Origin: Candidatus Stercoripulliclostridium merdipullorum | Lineage (GTDB): Bacteria > Bacillota > Clostridia > Christensenellales > DTU072 | NCBI GenBank assembly: GCA_018713745.1 | Contig: DVOH01000013.1 | Location: forward strand, 13,959 to 77,958 | Direction of reading: 5' to 3' | DNA: 64,000 bases | Part shown: positions 7,124-16,931 of the stretch, one piece after another | How positions within the stretch are numbered: the stretch's first letter is position 1 | Layout: the number at the start of each line of letters is the position of its first letter | Notes under the pieces: generated by a model | Told to the model about the DNA's origin: nothing | The model's database searches: none | What the model saw: the letters and a program-made list of their open reading frames with translations, nothing else | Made by a program: the position numbers and the translations under genes

Positions 7124-9247
7124 TCATATCGCACTTACGTCGACGCGATGGCGCTGAAGTCGGATTCTGAATCTTCCGCCGTCGACATTGAAGCGATACA
7201 GCGAGGACGGTTCGGCAGCGGCAAATACCGGCGTGCGAACCGCAAGCGTCAATGCGCCCGAAGCGTACAGCAAAAATTCCGCCCCCTCTTCGCAGGCGGC
7301 AAACTGCCGCACGACAAAGGGTGCTCCGATCCCTTCGAAAACGTGTTTTCCGTCTACGCTGAGTACCGTTTTGTCTTGGTCTTTGACAACCGAAAAATTG
7401 CGACCGAACAACTTGACGTTGACCAAGCGATGATCGCCCTGTTCCAAAGTGCCGAAGCGGACGGCAGGGCGAAGATCGGAGCGGAAGTATTCGACATCCA
7501 ACAAGGACAGCATCCCGATTAAGCCGAAAAGGTTACCCGACAATGCGTCTTTGGGTTTCAATTGTTCTCCTTTTGCGTTTTTGTTCAGCGATGACGGAAC
7601 GGCATCGTATTTTTTGCGATACGCTTTCGCCGTCCTACCGACGGCAAGAGCGAGTTCGTTTGCAAGATCCCCCGCTCCCGCGCGAACCAACCCGAGCCAG
7701 ACCAAAAAATCGAGATAGGCGGACGTTTCACCCTTTCCGCTTCCTCCGAGATGCGCCGCGCCGACTCCGACAAGGGGATTTTTGCCGTAGCCGGGATGCC
7801 GTCGATCTGCCGTTGCGACCGGGCAATCCCCCCAAAACCGTTCGGGGTCGGCAAGATTGGAAATGACCGCATCCAACACATCGTTGTCGTTGATCGCGCC
7901 GGTCACCAGCGGCACAAACGAAGCGGCGCCTGCAACCCCGCAAGGATTGCCCTCTTCGTCCCGATCGCGATACATTCCCGTCGTTTCGTCATAGAATGCC
8001 CGATGAAACAGCTCTGCAAAATCCGCATAAGCCTTCCGGTATTCGACGGCGGCGTCCCCGTCGCTTAAAATACGGGCAGCGCGCCATAGCAGATCAAATC
8101 GCAGAAGTTTCAGTGCGTTTTCGCCGACATAGGCATTACCCGCGCGCCTTACAAGCGTGCGATCGGGCAAAAAAGCCGCCTTCCATTGCCGATAGCACCT
8201 GAAAAGCAGTGCGCGGTCGCGGGTACGGCAAAAATAAATCCATGCCGCAAGAACACCGACGTGCGGCTCGGTGCAGTACGCTTCGGTCTGATCGGCGGAA
8301 GGCAAACCCGCAAGCGCGGCGATCAAGGCGCTCCACGCCATTGTGTAAGGATTTCTGGTATTTTGTTTCGGTTCTTCCGTCCATTCCGTATTCCGACGCA
8401 ACGGATCATAATGCCCGTGACTTGCAATGCGGGATATGATTTGCGGCGCCTCTTCGGCAAACGGACCGCTTCCTGCCGTTTTTTCGGCGGAATAGCGCAA
8501 TTCCGCATCGCTGACGCCGCGTAACAGTTCCTCTTTGGTCGGAACTTCGCCGCGATCGCCCAGTCCGACAAACAATAACACGCGGGAGTTCTCCGCAAAC
8601 AACGTGCTTTCCATCGAACATCCGCCCGTCGCTTCATCCGACTTCAGCGTCCCTTCTCCGTAAAAGCAGGCGGTCATCGTTTCGACGCGTCCTTCTCCCT
8701 TCTCGAACAATACCTCGTAGCGATTGCGTATGACTACGTCGGTTTCGGCAAGCGACATCTGACCTTGAATAACGGCGCGTTCGGCGGCGCGGCCGAAAAC
8801 GGTCTGCCCGCGGACGGAAAATTCGGCATCCTTCGGCGCGACGGGATAGACACGCAACCGCACCGACATCTTACGCAACGAGCTGACCGATATTACGAAC
8901 GCCGTCGCGTCGTATCGCGCCATACTGACCGTCAGATCGCCATGGCACAGATAGCGGAACCGACCGGTGGGATCGACGGCAAAAAAGTGCAGACCTTCCT
9001 CCGCCATTTCGTCGGAACTAAGCCAACGTCCCCCTTTTTGACAGGAAAAGTCCACGCCCCAAACTGTACCGAGCGGACCCTCGACCAAAGCTCCGTTGGG
9101 CTTTCCGCGTTCCATCCCGAGTCCGACAAACCCGCGTTCGGGATAACAAGATGCATCGATCGGATCCCCGTTTGGCTGTTCTTCGTGAAATTCTTTGAAA
9201 TACGGCGGACGCCCTTCGAATCCGTACTCACGATTGATATATCTCAT
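7124..9247 (-). CDS. GH63/MGH1-like (alpha/alpha)6-barrel protein with eroded catalytic motifs
   Basis: Barrel-type segments AFYDETTGMYRDRD, SFVPLVTG, LADPERFWGDCPVAT, FLVWLGL; RBS GGGAGG; start overlaps the upstream stop. Confidence 0.6.
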   Translation of the reverse strand: MRYINREYGFEGRPPYFKEFHEEQPNGDPIDASCYPERGFVGLGMERGKPNGALVEGPLGTVWGVDFSCQKGGRWLSSDEMAEEGLHFFAVDPTGRFRYLCHGDLTVSMARYDATAFVISVSSLRKMSVRLRVYPVAPKDAEFSVRGQTVFGRAAERAVIQGQMSLAETDVVIRNRYEVLFEKGEGRVETMTACFYGEGTLKSDEATGGCSMESTLFAENSRVLLFVGLGDRGEVPTKEELLRGVSDAELRYSAEKTAGSGPFAEEAPQIISRIASHGHYDPLRRNTEWTEEPKQNTRNPYTMAWSALIAALAGLPSADQTEAYCTEPHVGVLAAWIYFCRTRDRALLFRCYRQWKAAFLPDRTLVRRAGNAYVGENALKLLRFDLLWRAARILSDGDAAVEYRKAYADFAELFHRAFYDETTGMYRDRDEEGNPCGVAGAASFVPLVTGAINDNDVLDAVISNLADPERFWGDCPVATADRRHPGYGKNPLVGVGAAHLGGSGKGETSAYLDFLVWLGLVRAGAGDLANELALAVGRTAKAYRKKYDAVPSSLNKNAKGEQLKPKDALSGNLFGLIGMLSLLDVEYFRSDLRPAVRFGTLEQGDHRLVNVKLFGRNFSVVKDQDKTVLSVDGKHVFEGIGAPFVVRQFAACEEGAEFLLYASGALTLAVRTPVFAAAEPSSLYRFNVDGGRFRIRLQRHRVDVSAI

Positions 9248-9924
9248 ATTGTTTCCTCCCGCACTAACGCGTCGAGATAGTCGTCAAACGTAATTTTACA
9301 CCCGCTTTCCTCCACATACTGCTTGTCCCGCGCAATATCGACCGCTTCCACGGATTTATGAAGGAACGTCCCTATGGCGTCGGCAAACCGATCGGCGCGC
9401 AACGTTTCTTTGCCCGTAGCAAGTTGGGCATAAAAACAATCCTTCGCCCGCTCGAGTTCTCCGACCAATGCGGCAGCCGGGCGCAAAGATCGCTCGCCTT
9501 TTTTGTTTTTGTGTTCGACCGTCAGTGCGCTCCGACAGTATTCCGTCAAGCCCTTGAACTCTTCTTCCGTAAGCGAAACGTCAAACCGATAACGGGCAGA
9601 TACCGCTTTCCCCGCAAGATTCGGCGCTTTCTCCGTCATCCAGACGCGGTCAAAAATCAGTCCGGGCGGGGCGACGCGATTGCACTGTGCGCAGAAGTCC
9701 GCAACGTTGGGATGCTCGACGGCAATGGTAAAGTACTCTGCTTCGCCCCGTATCCCGAGCGGAAGCGGAACCGAAAATTTAAGCAAGGGATGGGGGTTGA
9801 ATCCCTGCGAATACAGGGGCTGAATCCCGGCGCGTTTGATGGTACGATTGACCGCGCGCTGCAGATCGATGTGCGAAATATAGACTGCCTGACGGCATTT
9901 TTGAAATTTAACGGTCAGAAACAT
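9244..9924 (-). CDS. TIGR03936-family radical SAM-linked protein (DUF2344)
   Basis: KFQK...YISHIDLQR...KRAGI..LYSQGFNPHP.LKF..PLPLG...EAEY. Start moved to ATG at 9924, overlapping the radical SAM stop. Confidence 0.88.
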   Translation of the reverse strand: MFLTVKFQKCRQAVYISHIDLQRAVNRTIKRAGIQPLYSQGFNPHPLLKFSVPLPLGIRGEAEYFTIAVEHPNVADFCAQCNRVAPPGLIFDRVWMTEKAPNLAGKAVSARYRFDVSLTEEEFKGLTEYCRSALTVEHKNKKGERSLRPAAALVGELERAKDCFYAQLATGKETLRADRFADAIGTFLHKSVEAVDIARDKQYVEESGCKITFDDYLDALVREETI

Positions 9925-11689
9925 CGTTTTGCACCTTACATGCGGCATAACGGTTGGCACCGCATCCTTTGCATCCGAATTTGCAGCTCTCTCCTTTTTC
10001 GCCGCAGAGTGCGCGCCGCCATTCACTCAGCAAAAAGGATTTTTTGACGCCGAAATCGATAAAGTCCCACGCAAACACCTTGTCTTCCGCCTGCGCCGCA
10101 GTATAACGGAAGGGATCGATGCCGCAGTCGGCAAATGCCTGCATCCACAAATCGTAGCGGAAATGCTCGTTCCAGCCGTCGAAGCGACACCCCGAACGAT
10201 ATGCCCGAACCACGACGTCGGCGAGGGAGCGGTCTCCGCGCGCAAAAACCCCTTCGAGCATCGAAGCGGTCTCTTCATGCCAATTATAATTGACGCCTTT
10301 GACCGATCGAAGGGCGGCGCGGACGATCGAAACGCGGCGTTTCATCTCTTCGACGCCGATCTGCTCCGCCCACTGGAAGGGGGTAAGCGGTTTGGGGACG
10401 AACATCGAAGTGGAAACCGTAATCGTCAGATCGCGTTTTCCCGTAACTTCGATATAAATCTTGCGAATCTTAGCGGCAAGCGCGGCGATTCCGAGCAGGT
10501 CCTCATCCCGCTCGGTGGGGAGTCCGATCATAAAATACAATTTGACGGCGCGATACCCCTGCCCGAAAGCCAGTCGCATGGTGTGATCGACGTCTTCTTC
10601 GGTGATATTTTTGTTGATGACGTCGCGCAGACGTTGCGTTCCCGCCTCGGGCGCAAACGTCAGCGAACCGCGTCGGGAGTCCCCCGTCAATTCCTCGCTG
10701 TAGCTGTCCAACCGAAGGGAAGGAAGCTGAAGTTTGACTTTTTCGCGTTCTGCAAGGGGGTGCAAATGGCGGAGCAATCCGCAAATATCGGGATAATCTC
10801 CGCTTGACAAACTGCTGATTCCCAGTTCGTCCGCACCCGTCGAAGCGATCAGCTCTTTGGCGTAGGTCAGAATCCGCTCCTGTGAGCGAACACGCACGGG
10901 ACGGTAAAAGAAGCAAGCCTGACAGAACCTACACGCGGCATAGCATCCCCGATAGAGCTCGACGACGGGACGGTCGTGCGTCACTTCGATATTGGGGACG
11001 AGAGGCGCGGTGGGAAAAGGCGCGGCGTCGAGATTTTTGACCACGGCTTTTTTGACGGGCGTAATGCAGATCCCGTTTTCCGTTTCGGTCAAAGACGGAG
11101 CATAGATCCCGTCGATTTTTTGACATTCTTCGAGGATTTTACGGCGGTTTCCTTTGTGCTTTGCGACGATCTTGGCAACGGCAAGATTGACTTCTTCCCC
11201 GTCTCCGATGCAGATCAGATCGAAAAACGGCGCAAACGGCTCCGGGTTTGCCGTACAGGGTCCGCCCGCAAACAAAATAGGATCGTCCTCGCTACGCTCG
11301 GCAGGAAAAAAGGGAATCCCCGCAAGATCGAGCATATACAAAACGTTGGTCAGAGCAAGTTCGTACTGAATACTGAACCCCAACAAGTCGAAATCCTTGA
11401 GGGGTCGACGCGTTTCCAGCGAAAACAGCGGGATGCCTTGCTCGCTGAGCGCCTTGCCCATATCGACCCACGGCGTAAAACAACGCTCGCAGACAACGTC
11501 GGGATCGCGGTTGAGAATATCATAAAGGATTTTGATGCCGAGATTGGACATCCCCACTTCGTACAGGTCGGGAAACGCAAGACAAAACGACACCTTGTGC
11601 GGCTTGGTACAGTCGGGTTGGTTGTACTCTCCCCCGACATACCGTGCGGGCTTCTCGACCGACAACAGAATCCGATCGATCGCGTTCAT
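9908..11689 (-). CDS. TIGR03960-family B12-binding radical SAM protein
   Basis: VEKPARYVGGEYN, FPDLYEVGMSNLG, RGCYAACRFC (CxxxCxxC), LTFAPEAGTQRLRDVINK, FVPKPLTPFQW. Confidence 0.93.
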   Translation of the reverse strand: MNAIDRILLSVEKPARYVGGEYNQPDCTKPHKVSFCLAFPDLYEVGMSNLGIKILYDILNRDPDVVCERCFTPWVDMGKALSEQGIPLFSLETRRPLKDFDLLGFSIQYELALTNVLYMLDLAGIPFFPAERSEDDPILFAGGPCTANPEPFAPFFDLICIGDGEEVNLAVAKIVAKHKGNRRKILEECQKIDGIYAPSLTETENGICITPVKKAVVKNLDAAPFPTAPLVPNIEVTHDRPVVELYRGCYAACRFCQACFFYRPVRVRSQERILTYAKELIASTGADELGISSLSSGDYPDICGLLRHLHPLAEREKVKLQLPSLRLDSYSEELTGDSRRGSLTFAPEAGTQRLRDVINKNITEEDVDHTMRLAFGQGYRAVKLYFMIGLPTERDEDLLGIAALAAKIRKIYIEVTGKRDLTITVSTSMFVPKPLTPFQWAEQIGVEEMKRRVSIVRAALRSVKGVNYNWHEETASMLEGVFARGDRSLADVVVRAYRSGCRFDGWNEHFRYDLWMQAFADCGIDPFRYTAAQAEDKVFAWDFIDFGVKKSFLLSEWRRALCGEKGESCKFGCKGCGANRYAACKVQNDVSDR

Positions 11690-12630
11690 AAACAGAGGGC
11701 AACGGCGCCAAGCAGCCCTGCGTCGTTCATAAGTTCGGCTTTGAGTACCTTAACATAGGGATTTCGTTTCCCGCCGTAGCTGAACCGTGTCACGCGGCTT
11801 TGCAATTTGCGGATGAAATACTCCCCTTCGTTGCTGACGCCGCCCCCGATGAGCAAAGCTTCGGGACGGAAAATGTTGACCAGATTGATCAAGCCTTCGG
11901 CAACGTATTTGACATAGCGGTTGACGACGGCAAGCCCTGCCGCATCCCCGGCACGGGCGGCAAGAAACGCCGTTCTGCCGCTGACTTTTCCTTCCTCTTC
12001 GGCAAAGCGATGCATCAGGCTGTCGGGATGACGCTCCATGGCGCGCTTGGTCTGCCGAATCAAAGCGGTTGCCGAAGCATAAGCTTCCCAGCATCCTCTT
12101 CTGCCGCAGGTACAACGCTCGCCGTCGACGCGAATGCTCATGTGTCCGCCTTCGCCGCCCGCGCCTCCTTTGCCGCTGAGAATTTTCCCTTCACGGATGA
12201 TTCCGGTACCGACGCCCGTCCCCAAAGTAACAAACACGATATTGTTCATCCCTTTTCCGCTGCCGAATTTGACTTCGCCGAGCGCCGCGCAGTTTGCGTC
12301 ATTGCCGATTTTCACGGGCAAGCCGATTTGCTTTTGAATGGCTTCGACGATGGGGACGTTTTCGAAATCGATGTTGTTGCTGTAGACGATCGTCCCTTTG
12401 TCGGGATCGATCGTACCGGGAATCCCGATGCCGATGCCGCCGAGTTCTCCGAGGGCAATCCCGAATTCATCCGCCAACGAACGGATCAGACCGACAATGT
12501 CCCCGACAATGACGTCATAATGTGCGTGCGGTTGGGTTACGACCGACCGCTTGAGATAAATCGTACCCTTTTCGTCGACGATACCGCCTTTGATGCTCAT
12601 TCCGCCGATGTCGATGCCGATATAATACAT
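11686..12630 (-). CDS. ROK family sugar kinase (glucokinase-like)
   Basis: IGIDIGG, NDANCAALGE, TLGTGVG, GEGGH, CTCGRRGCWEAYAS. Confidence 0.93.
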   Translation of the reverse strand: MYYIGIDIGGMSIKGGIVDEKGTIYLKRSVVTQPHAHYDVIVGDIVGLIRSLADEFGIALGELGGIGIGIPGTIDPDKGTIVYSNNIDFENVPIVEAIQKQIGLPVKIGNDANCAALGEVKFGSGKGMNNIVFVTLGTGVGTGIIREGKILSGKGGAGGEGGHMSIRVDGERCTCGRRGCWEAYASATALIRQTKRAMERHPDSLMHRFAEEEGKVSGRTAFLAARAGDAAGLAVVNRYVKYVAEGLINLVNIFRPEALLIGGGVSNEGEYFIRKLQSRVTRFSYGGKRNPYVKVLKAELMNDAGLLGAVALCL

Positions 12631-12662
12631 AATCCGATTTCTCCTTGATCCTTAATATATTG

Positions 12663-13601
12663 CTAAACCGTGGTATAAATCCAGCTGAATTTTCCTTCTG
12701 CAACGTAGCTTCCGTGCGCGGGCAAAAAGAAGGTGTCGCCCTTTTGCGCCGGTTGTCCCGCAATGCTCCCGCTCCCTTCCGCAACCGTAAGAGAGGCAAA
12801 GCTGTCGGTCGTCGTCAGCGTTGCGGCACCGTCGAGTACCCATTCGCTGACGGAAAAATAGGCGCAATCGGCAAGCAGTCGAACGTCGGCGTCTCCGATG
12901 CGGACAACGGGGTGCGACACGGGGCGCGCTTCGCTTTTGCGATAGTCTGCGACTGCGATTGCCTTTTCGACGTGCAACGGGCGCAGATTGCCCGAAGCAT
13001 CCCGTCGGGCATAGTCGTATACGCGATAGGTCAGATTGCTGTTTTCCTGCACTTCGATGACGGTTACGCCGCCGAGAATGGCGTGCAACGTCCCTGCCTC
13101 TACAAAAAAGCAATCCCCTTTGCGGACGGGAACGCGATTCAGAAGGTCGGTAACCGTATTGTCGTCGATTGCTTTGCGAAACTCTTCGGGCGTTACGTCG
13201 CGGGAAAATCCGTAATAAATCGCGGCACCCTCTTCGGCGTCGGCAATATACCACATTTCGGTCTTGCCGAGCTGTCCTTCTTCACGCAATGCGTAAGCGT
13301 CGGAAGGATGCACCTGCACGGACAAATCGCTTGCCGCATCGATCAGTTTGATCAAAACCGGAAACATCGGTGCGCGAAAGGCGCGGTTTCCGAACAGTTC
13401 GGGACGGGTGCGGTACAAGGTAAGCAGCGAAGTCCCTTTCTCTTCCCCTTCCGCGACAACGCTTTCCGCCCCTTCGTACGCCGAAAACTCCCAGCTTTCG
13501 GCAACGGTAGGCGTAACGGCATGTTTGTTCCATTCCGATTTCAGCTTTTTGCCGCCCCAGATATATTCGCGCAGGACGGGCGACATTTTGTAAACCTGCA
13601 T
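12663..13601 (-). CDS. manA: Mannose-6-phosphate isomerase, class I
   Basis: YIWGG, AESWE, VLIKLIDA..DLSVQVHP, KTEMWY, GTLHA, EVQENSNLTYRVYDY. Start moved to ATG at 13601 behind GAGGTG. Confidence 0.92.
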   Translation of the reverse strand: MQVYKMSPVLREYIWGGKKLKSEWNKHAVTPTVAESWEFSAYEGAESVVAEGEEKGTSLLTLYRTRPELFGNRAFRAPMFPVLIKLIDAASDLSVQVHPSDAYALREEGQLGKTEMWYIADAEEGAAIYYGFSRDVTPEEFRKAIDDNTVTDLLNRVPVRKGDCFFVEAGTLHAILGGVTVIEVQENSNLTYRVYDYARRDASGNLRPLHVEKAIAVADYRKSEARPVSHPVVRIGDADVRLLADCAYFSVSEWVLDGAATLTTTDSFASLTVAEGSGSIAGQPAQKGDTFFLPAHGSYVAEGKFSWIYTTV

Positions 13602-13730
13602 CTTGTCACCTCGGATCGATAATATATTTATCATACCAAAATTCCCCTTTTCCGTCAATCCCGAACGCTGAAAAGTCACCCGTTTTAATACCTGAACAGA
13701 GAAAATTCCTGCATGAAACCTCCGCCGATC

Positions 13731-13759
13731 TTGACACCGAAGCATGCCGCGTTTATAAT
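13731..13759 (+). promoter_or_regulatory. Consensus sigmaA promoter of the PI-PLC gene
   Basis: TTGACA (13731-13736), 17 nt, TATAAT (13754-13759). Confidence 0.85.
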
Positions 13760-13783
13760 AATTTCACGGAAACGGAGGAAGTC

Positions 13784-14821
13784 ATGAAATATCGTCGCTT
13801 ACATGTTTTGATCGTCGTATTGGCAACCGTCGCCGTCATCGGCGTCTGTCTCTCTGCCGCGTTGACCCGTCTTTTCCCGACCGGGCAACCCGACCGATCC
13901 CAAATCCGATACGAAGAATGGATGAATGCGATCGCGGACGAAGCAAAGCTGAAAGAGATCGCCATCCCTGCTTCGCACAATACAGGTTCGATCGACTGTA
14001 CGCTGGGAACTACCTCGATCCCGCTCCGCTGGCTTGATTGTCAGCAGGATACCGTGTACGACCAGTTGCGTTACGGCGTACGACTTCTTGATTTGCGCAC
14101 GGGTTACGACCCCAAAAGCGATATCGTGTATTGCGTGCACGGAACGGGATTCGGCATTCCGCTGGAAGACGCCCTTCGCGATCTCAAGCGTTTTGACGAA
14201 ACCTATCCCGGGCAATTCTATTTTGTGTCGATCAGCGTTTACGGCGTCGTACAGGGGGCGCCTGCCGAATCGATGCGCGATCTGATCGGGCGATACCTCC
14301 CCGCCGAACGCGTTTTCCCCGCCGATACCGATTTGACGGATATGACAATCGGCGCAATGCGGGCAACGGGAAAAACCTTTGTTCTGCGCACCGACCCGTC
14401 CTGGGGGATCGAAAACAGCACCTACCGCATGCACGACACCTGGACCGGCGCCGCCAATTCGGGCAGAACCGACGACAATACGGCATTATTCCTCCACCTG
14501 GAGCAGGAACTCCGCTCGGCATCCGACAGCGAATTGCTTTTGCTGTCCTTCAATCGCGGCAGCGGTGATTCGCTCGCCAAAGAACTCCCTCTCGACTTTA
14601 TGCTGGCAGACCGCGCCGCATTTTTGGAACTGATCGATCAGATCGAAAGCAATCGGCAATTTTTATCGCGCGCAAACTTCTTCAACTTCGATTATACCAC
14701 CTACGACTGGGTTCAATGCGCAAGCGTTATCGGATTGAATCTCGCCAAAAATCTCGTCCGACCCGAATTCCGTACGGCATTTTCCGCTACAATCGAACAG
14801 CGCCTTGCCGAATCCGACTGA
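13784..14821 (+). CDS. Phosphatidylinositol-specific phospholipase C-like (PI-PLC X domain) exported or anchored protein
   Basis: N-terminal hydrophobic segment; IAIPASHNTG, QQDTVYDQLRYGVRLLDLR, CVHG (both His positions present). Confidence 0.8.
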   Translation: MKYRRLHVLIVVLATVAVIGVCLSAALTRLFPTGQPDRSQIRYEEWMNAIADEAKLKEIAIPASHNTGSIDCTLGTTSIPLRWLDCQQDTVYDQLRYGVRLLDLRTGYDPKSDIVYCVHGTGFGIPLEDALRDLKRFDETYPGQFYFVSISVYGVVQGAPAESMRDLIGRYLPAERVFPADTDLTDMTIGAMRATGKTFVLRTDPSWGIENSTYRMHDTWTGAANSGRTDDNTALFLHLEQELRSASDSELLLLSFNRGSGDSLAKELPLDFMLADRAAFLELIDQIESNRQFLSRANFFNFDYTTYDWVQCASVIGLNLAKNLVRPEFRTAFSATIEQRLAESD

Positions 14822-14842
14822 TGGCAATCCCCGCCGTTCACC

Positions 14843-14871
14843 AAAAAAAGGACTCTTCGGAGTCCTTTTTT
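14843..14871. terminator. Bidirectional terminator between the PI-PLC gene and ntpD
   Basis: AAAAAAAGGACTC-TTCG-GAGTCCTTTTTT. Confidence 0.9.
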
Positions 14872-14905
14872 GATGCGTGATTGCGGCGCCTTTTATTACG
14901 ATATT

Positions 14906-15544
14906 TTATTGTTCGCGCTCACGATTGATCATATCTTTGACTTTCATCAGCCGAATGGTATTGGCGCGTTCGTTTTCGCCGAGCTTCATCGTGATGTACT
15001 TGATTGTCTCTTGCAGTTCGGGAATCATAACATATTCCAGTGCATTGACGCGGCGACGGTTTTTTTCGATCTCGTCGGCGAGCATATTGCAGGTTTTTTC
15101 CACTTCGGCAAGCCTGACGAGTTTGACCAAAAGCTCACTGAGATTGGCAATCGAGGCGTCCAGTTCCGAACTGACGCTTGCAAACGAATACGGGTACAGA
15201 TCGGTGCTTTCCCCCTCTTCGATGGCAATCGTCGGAACCGAAATGCTCATGATGTTTTTGACCGAAGACTGCAGGCGCACGGTACGCGAAGGCATCGCGA
15301 CTGCCTCTTCGATGATTTCGGTGCTGTTGACCGCACTTGCAAGCAAAAACGAGCGGAGCGACGACGTCACTTCTCCTTCGATCTCCTCGCGCAGACGGCG
15401 GTTCTCTTTGATATAAATCATAAACTGACGAATCGTCTCGTCCGATTTATCCTTGAGAAGTTTGTGCCCTCTGACTGCGGTTTTCAGGCGGTTTTTTAGT
15501 TTTCCGAGCTCCATGCGGGTCGGATTGACGTTCAATCTTGCCAT
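14906..15544 (-). CDS. ntpD: A/V-type ATPase subunit D
   Basis: VNPTRMEL..LK.RL..A.RGHKLLKDK; IEKNRRRVNALEYV.IP. Confidence 0.96.
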   Translation of the reverse strand: MARLNVNPTRMELGKLKNRLKTAVRGHKLLKDKSDETIRQFMIYIKENRRLREEIEGEVTSSLRSFLLASAVNSTEIIEEAVAMPSRTVRLQSSVKNIMSISVPTIAIEEGESTDLYPYSFASVSSELDASIANLSELLVKLVRLAEVEKTCNMLADEIEKNRRRVNALEYVMIPELQETIKYITMKLGENERANTIRLMKVKDMINREREQ

Positions 15545-15549
15545 AGCGG

Positions 15550-16923
15550 TTATTTCTTGTCAAAAAACTCTTCGAGATAGGCGTCGCGGATACGTTTCAA
15601 TTCGTTCCGGGGCAGAATCCGCAGGAGATCCCAGCCGAGATCCAGCGTTTCGACGATGGAGCGATTGGTCGTATAGCCTTGGCTGACGTAAATTTTTTCA
15701 AACTCTTCGGCAAACCGCGCAAACTTCAGATCGACTTCGGTCAACGCCGCTTCGCCGAGAATCGCGCTGAGCTCTTTTGCTTCTTTCCCGCGTGCATAAG
15801 CGGCAAACAGCTGGTTCATCGTATCGGCGTGATCTTTACGGGTTTTGGTCGCGCCGATTCCTTTGTCTTTCAGGCGGGACAGCGACGGCAAAACGTCGAT
15901 GGGCGGATTGATGCCCTTCTTGTACAGCTCACGCGACAAGATAATTTGCCCTTCGGTGATATAGCCCGTCAGGTCGGGGATGGGGTGGGTTTTGTCGTCC
16001 TCGGGCATCGTCAGAATGGGAATCTGCGTGATAGATCCCTCTTTGCCGCGAATGCGCCCCGCCCGTTCGTAAATCGTGGCAAGGTCGGTGTACAGATAAC
16101 CGGGATAACCGCGGCGTCCGGGAACTTCCTTACGCGCTGCCGAAACTTCGCGCAACGCCTCGGCGTAATTGGTGATATCGGTGATAATAACCAAAACGTG
16201 CATGCCCTTTTCAAACGCGAGATACTCGGCCGCCGTCAAAGCCATACGCGGCGTCGCGATACGCTCGATCGCGGGATCGTTGGCAAGGTTCATGAAGAGA
16301 ACGGCACGGTCGATCGCACCCGTCTTGCGGAAGTCCGAAATAAAATAATCGGCTTCTTCAAACGTAATTCCGACGGCGGCAAAGACAACGGCGAATTTGC
16401 TGTCGCTGTTGAGCACCTTTGCCTGTCTTGCAATCTGCGCCGCAAGTTGGGCGTGCGGAAGTCCCGATGCCGAAAACACCGGCAGTTTTTGTCCGCGCAC
16501 CAAGGTATTAAGCCCGTCGATGGCGCTGACGCCCGTCTCGATAAATTCGTCGGGATAATCGCGCGCAACGGGATTGATGGGCTGACCGTTGATGTTCATC
16601 CGCTTGTCGGGGATGATCGGCGCGCCGTTGTCGACCGGGCGTCCCATTCCGTCAAAAACTCTGCCGAGCATATCTTCGGATACGGCAAGCTCGATGCTTT
16701 TGCCGAGGAAGCGCGCTTTGGACGTTGCGATTTTGATTCCGGCAGAACCTTCAAACAGCTGTACCAACGCGCGGTCGCCGTTGACTTCGAGAACTTTGCC
16801 GTGACGGACGTCCCCGTCTTCCTGATGAATTTCGACCAGCTCGTCATACTTGACGCCGGCAACGCCTTCGACCAACATCAGCGGTCCGACGATTTCTTTG
16901 ATCGATTTGTATTCTTTTAACAT
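15550..16923 (-). CDS. ntpB: A/V-type ATPase subunit B
   Basis: [61 protein letters not shown]. Confidence 0.97.
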   Translation of the reverse strand: MLKEYKSIKEIVGPLMLVEGVAGVKYDELVEIHQEDGDVRHGKVLEVNGDRALVQLFEGSAGIKIATSKARFLGKSIELAVSEDMLGRVFDGMGRPVDNGAPIIPDKRMNINGQPINPVARDYPDEFIETGVSAIDGLNTLVRGQKLPVFSASGLPHAQLAAQIARQAKVLNSDSKFAVVFAAVGITFEEADYFISDFRKTGAIDRAVLFMNLANDPAIERIATPRMALTAAEYLAFEKGMHVLVIITDITNYAEALREVSAARKEVPGRRGYPGYLYTDLATIYERAGRIRGKEGSITQIPILTMPEDDKTHPIPDLTGYITEGQIILSRELYKKGINPPIDVLPSLSRLKDKGIGATKTRKDHADTMNQLFAAYARGKEAKELSAILGEAALTEVDLKFARFAEEFEKIYVSQGYTTNRSIVETLDLGWDLLRILPRNELKRIRDAYLEEFFDKK

Positions 16924-16931
16924 AGTGCCTC

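Noticed and set aside
7124-9247. Calling the GH63-like gene a pseudogene
   Set aside because: It has no internal stop or frameshift over 707 codons, and it has an RBS and translational coupling, so it was kept as a CDS and reported as a candidate pseudo-enzyme.
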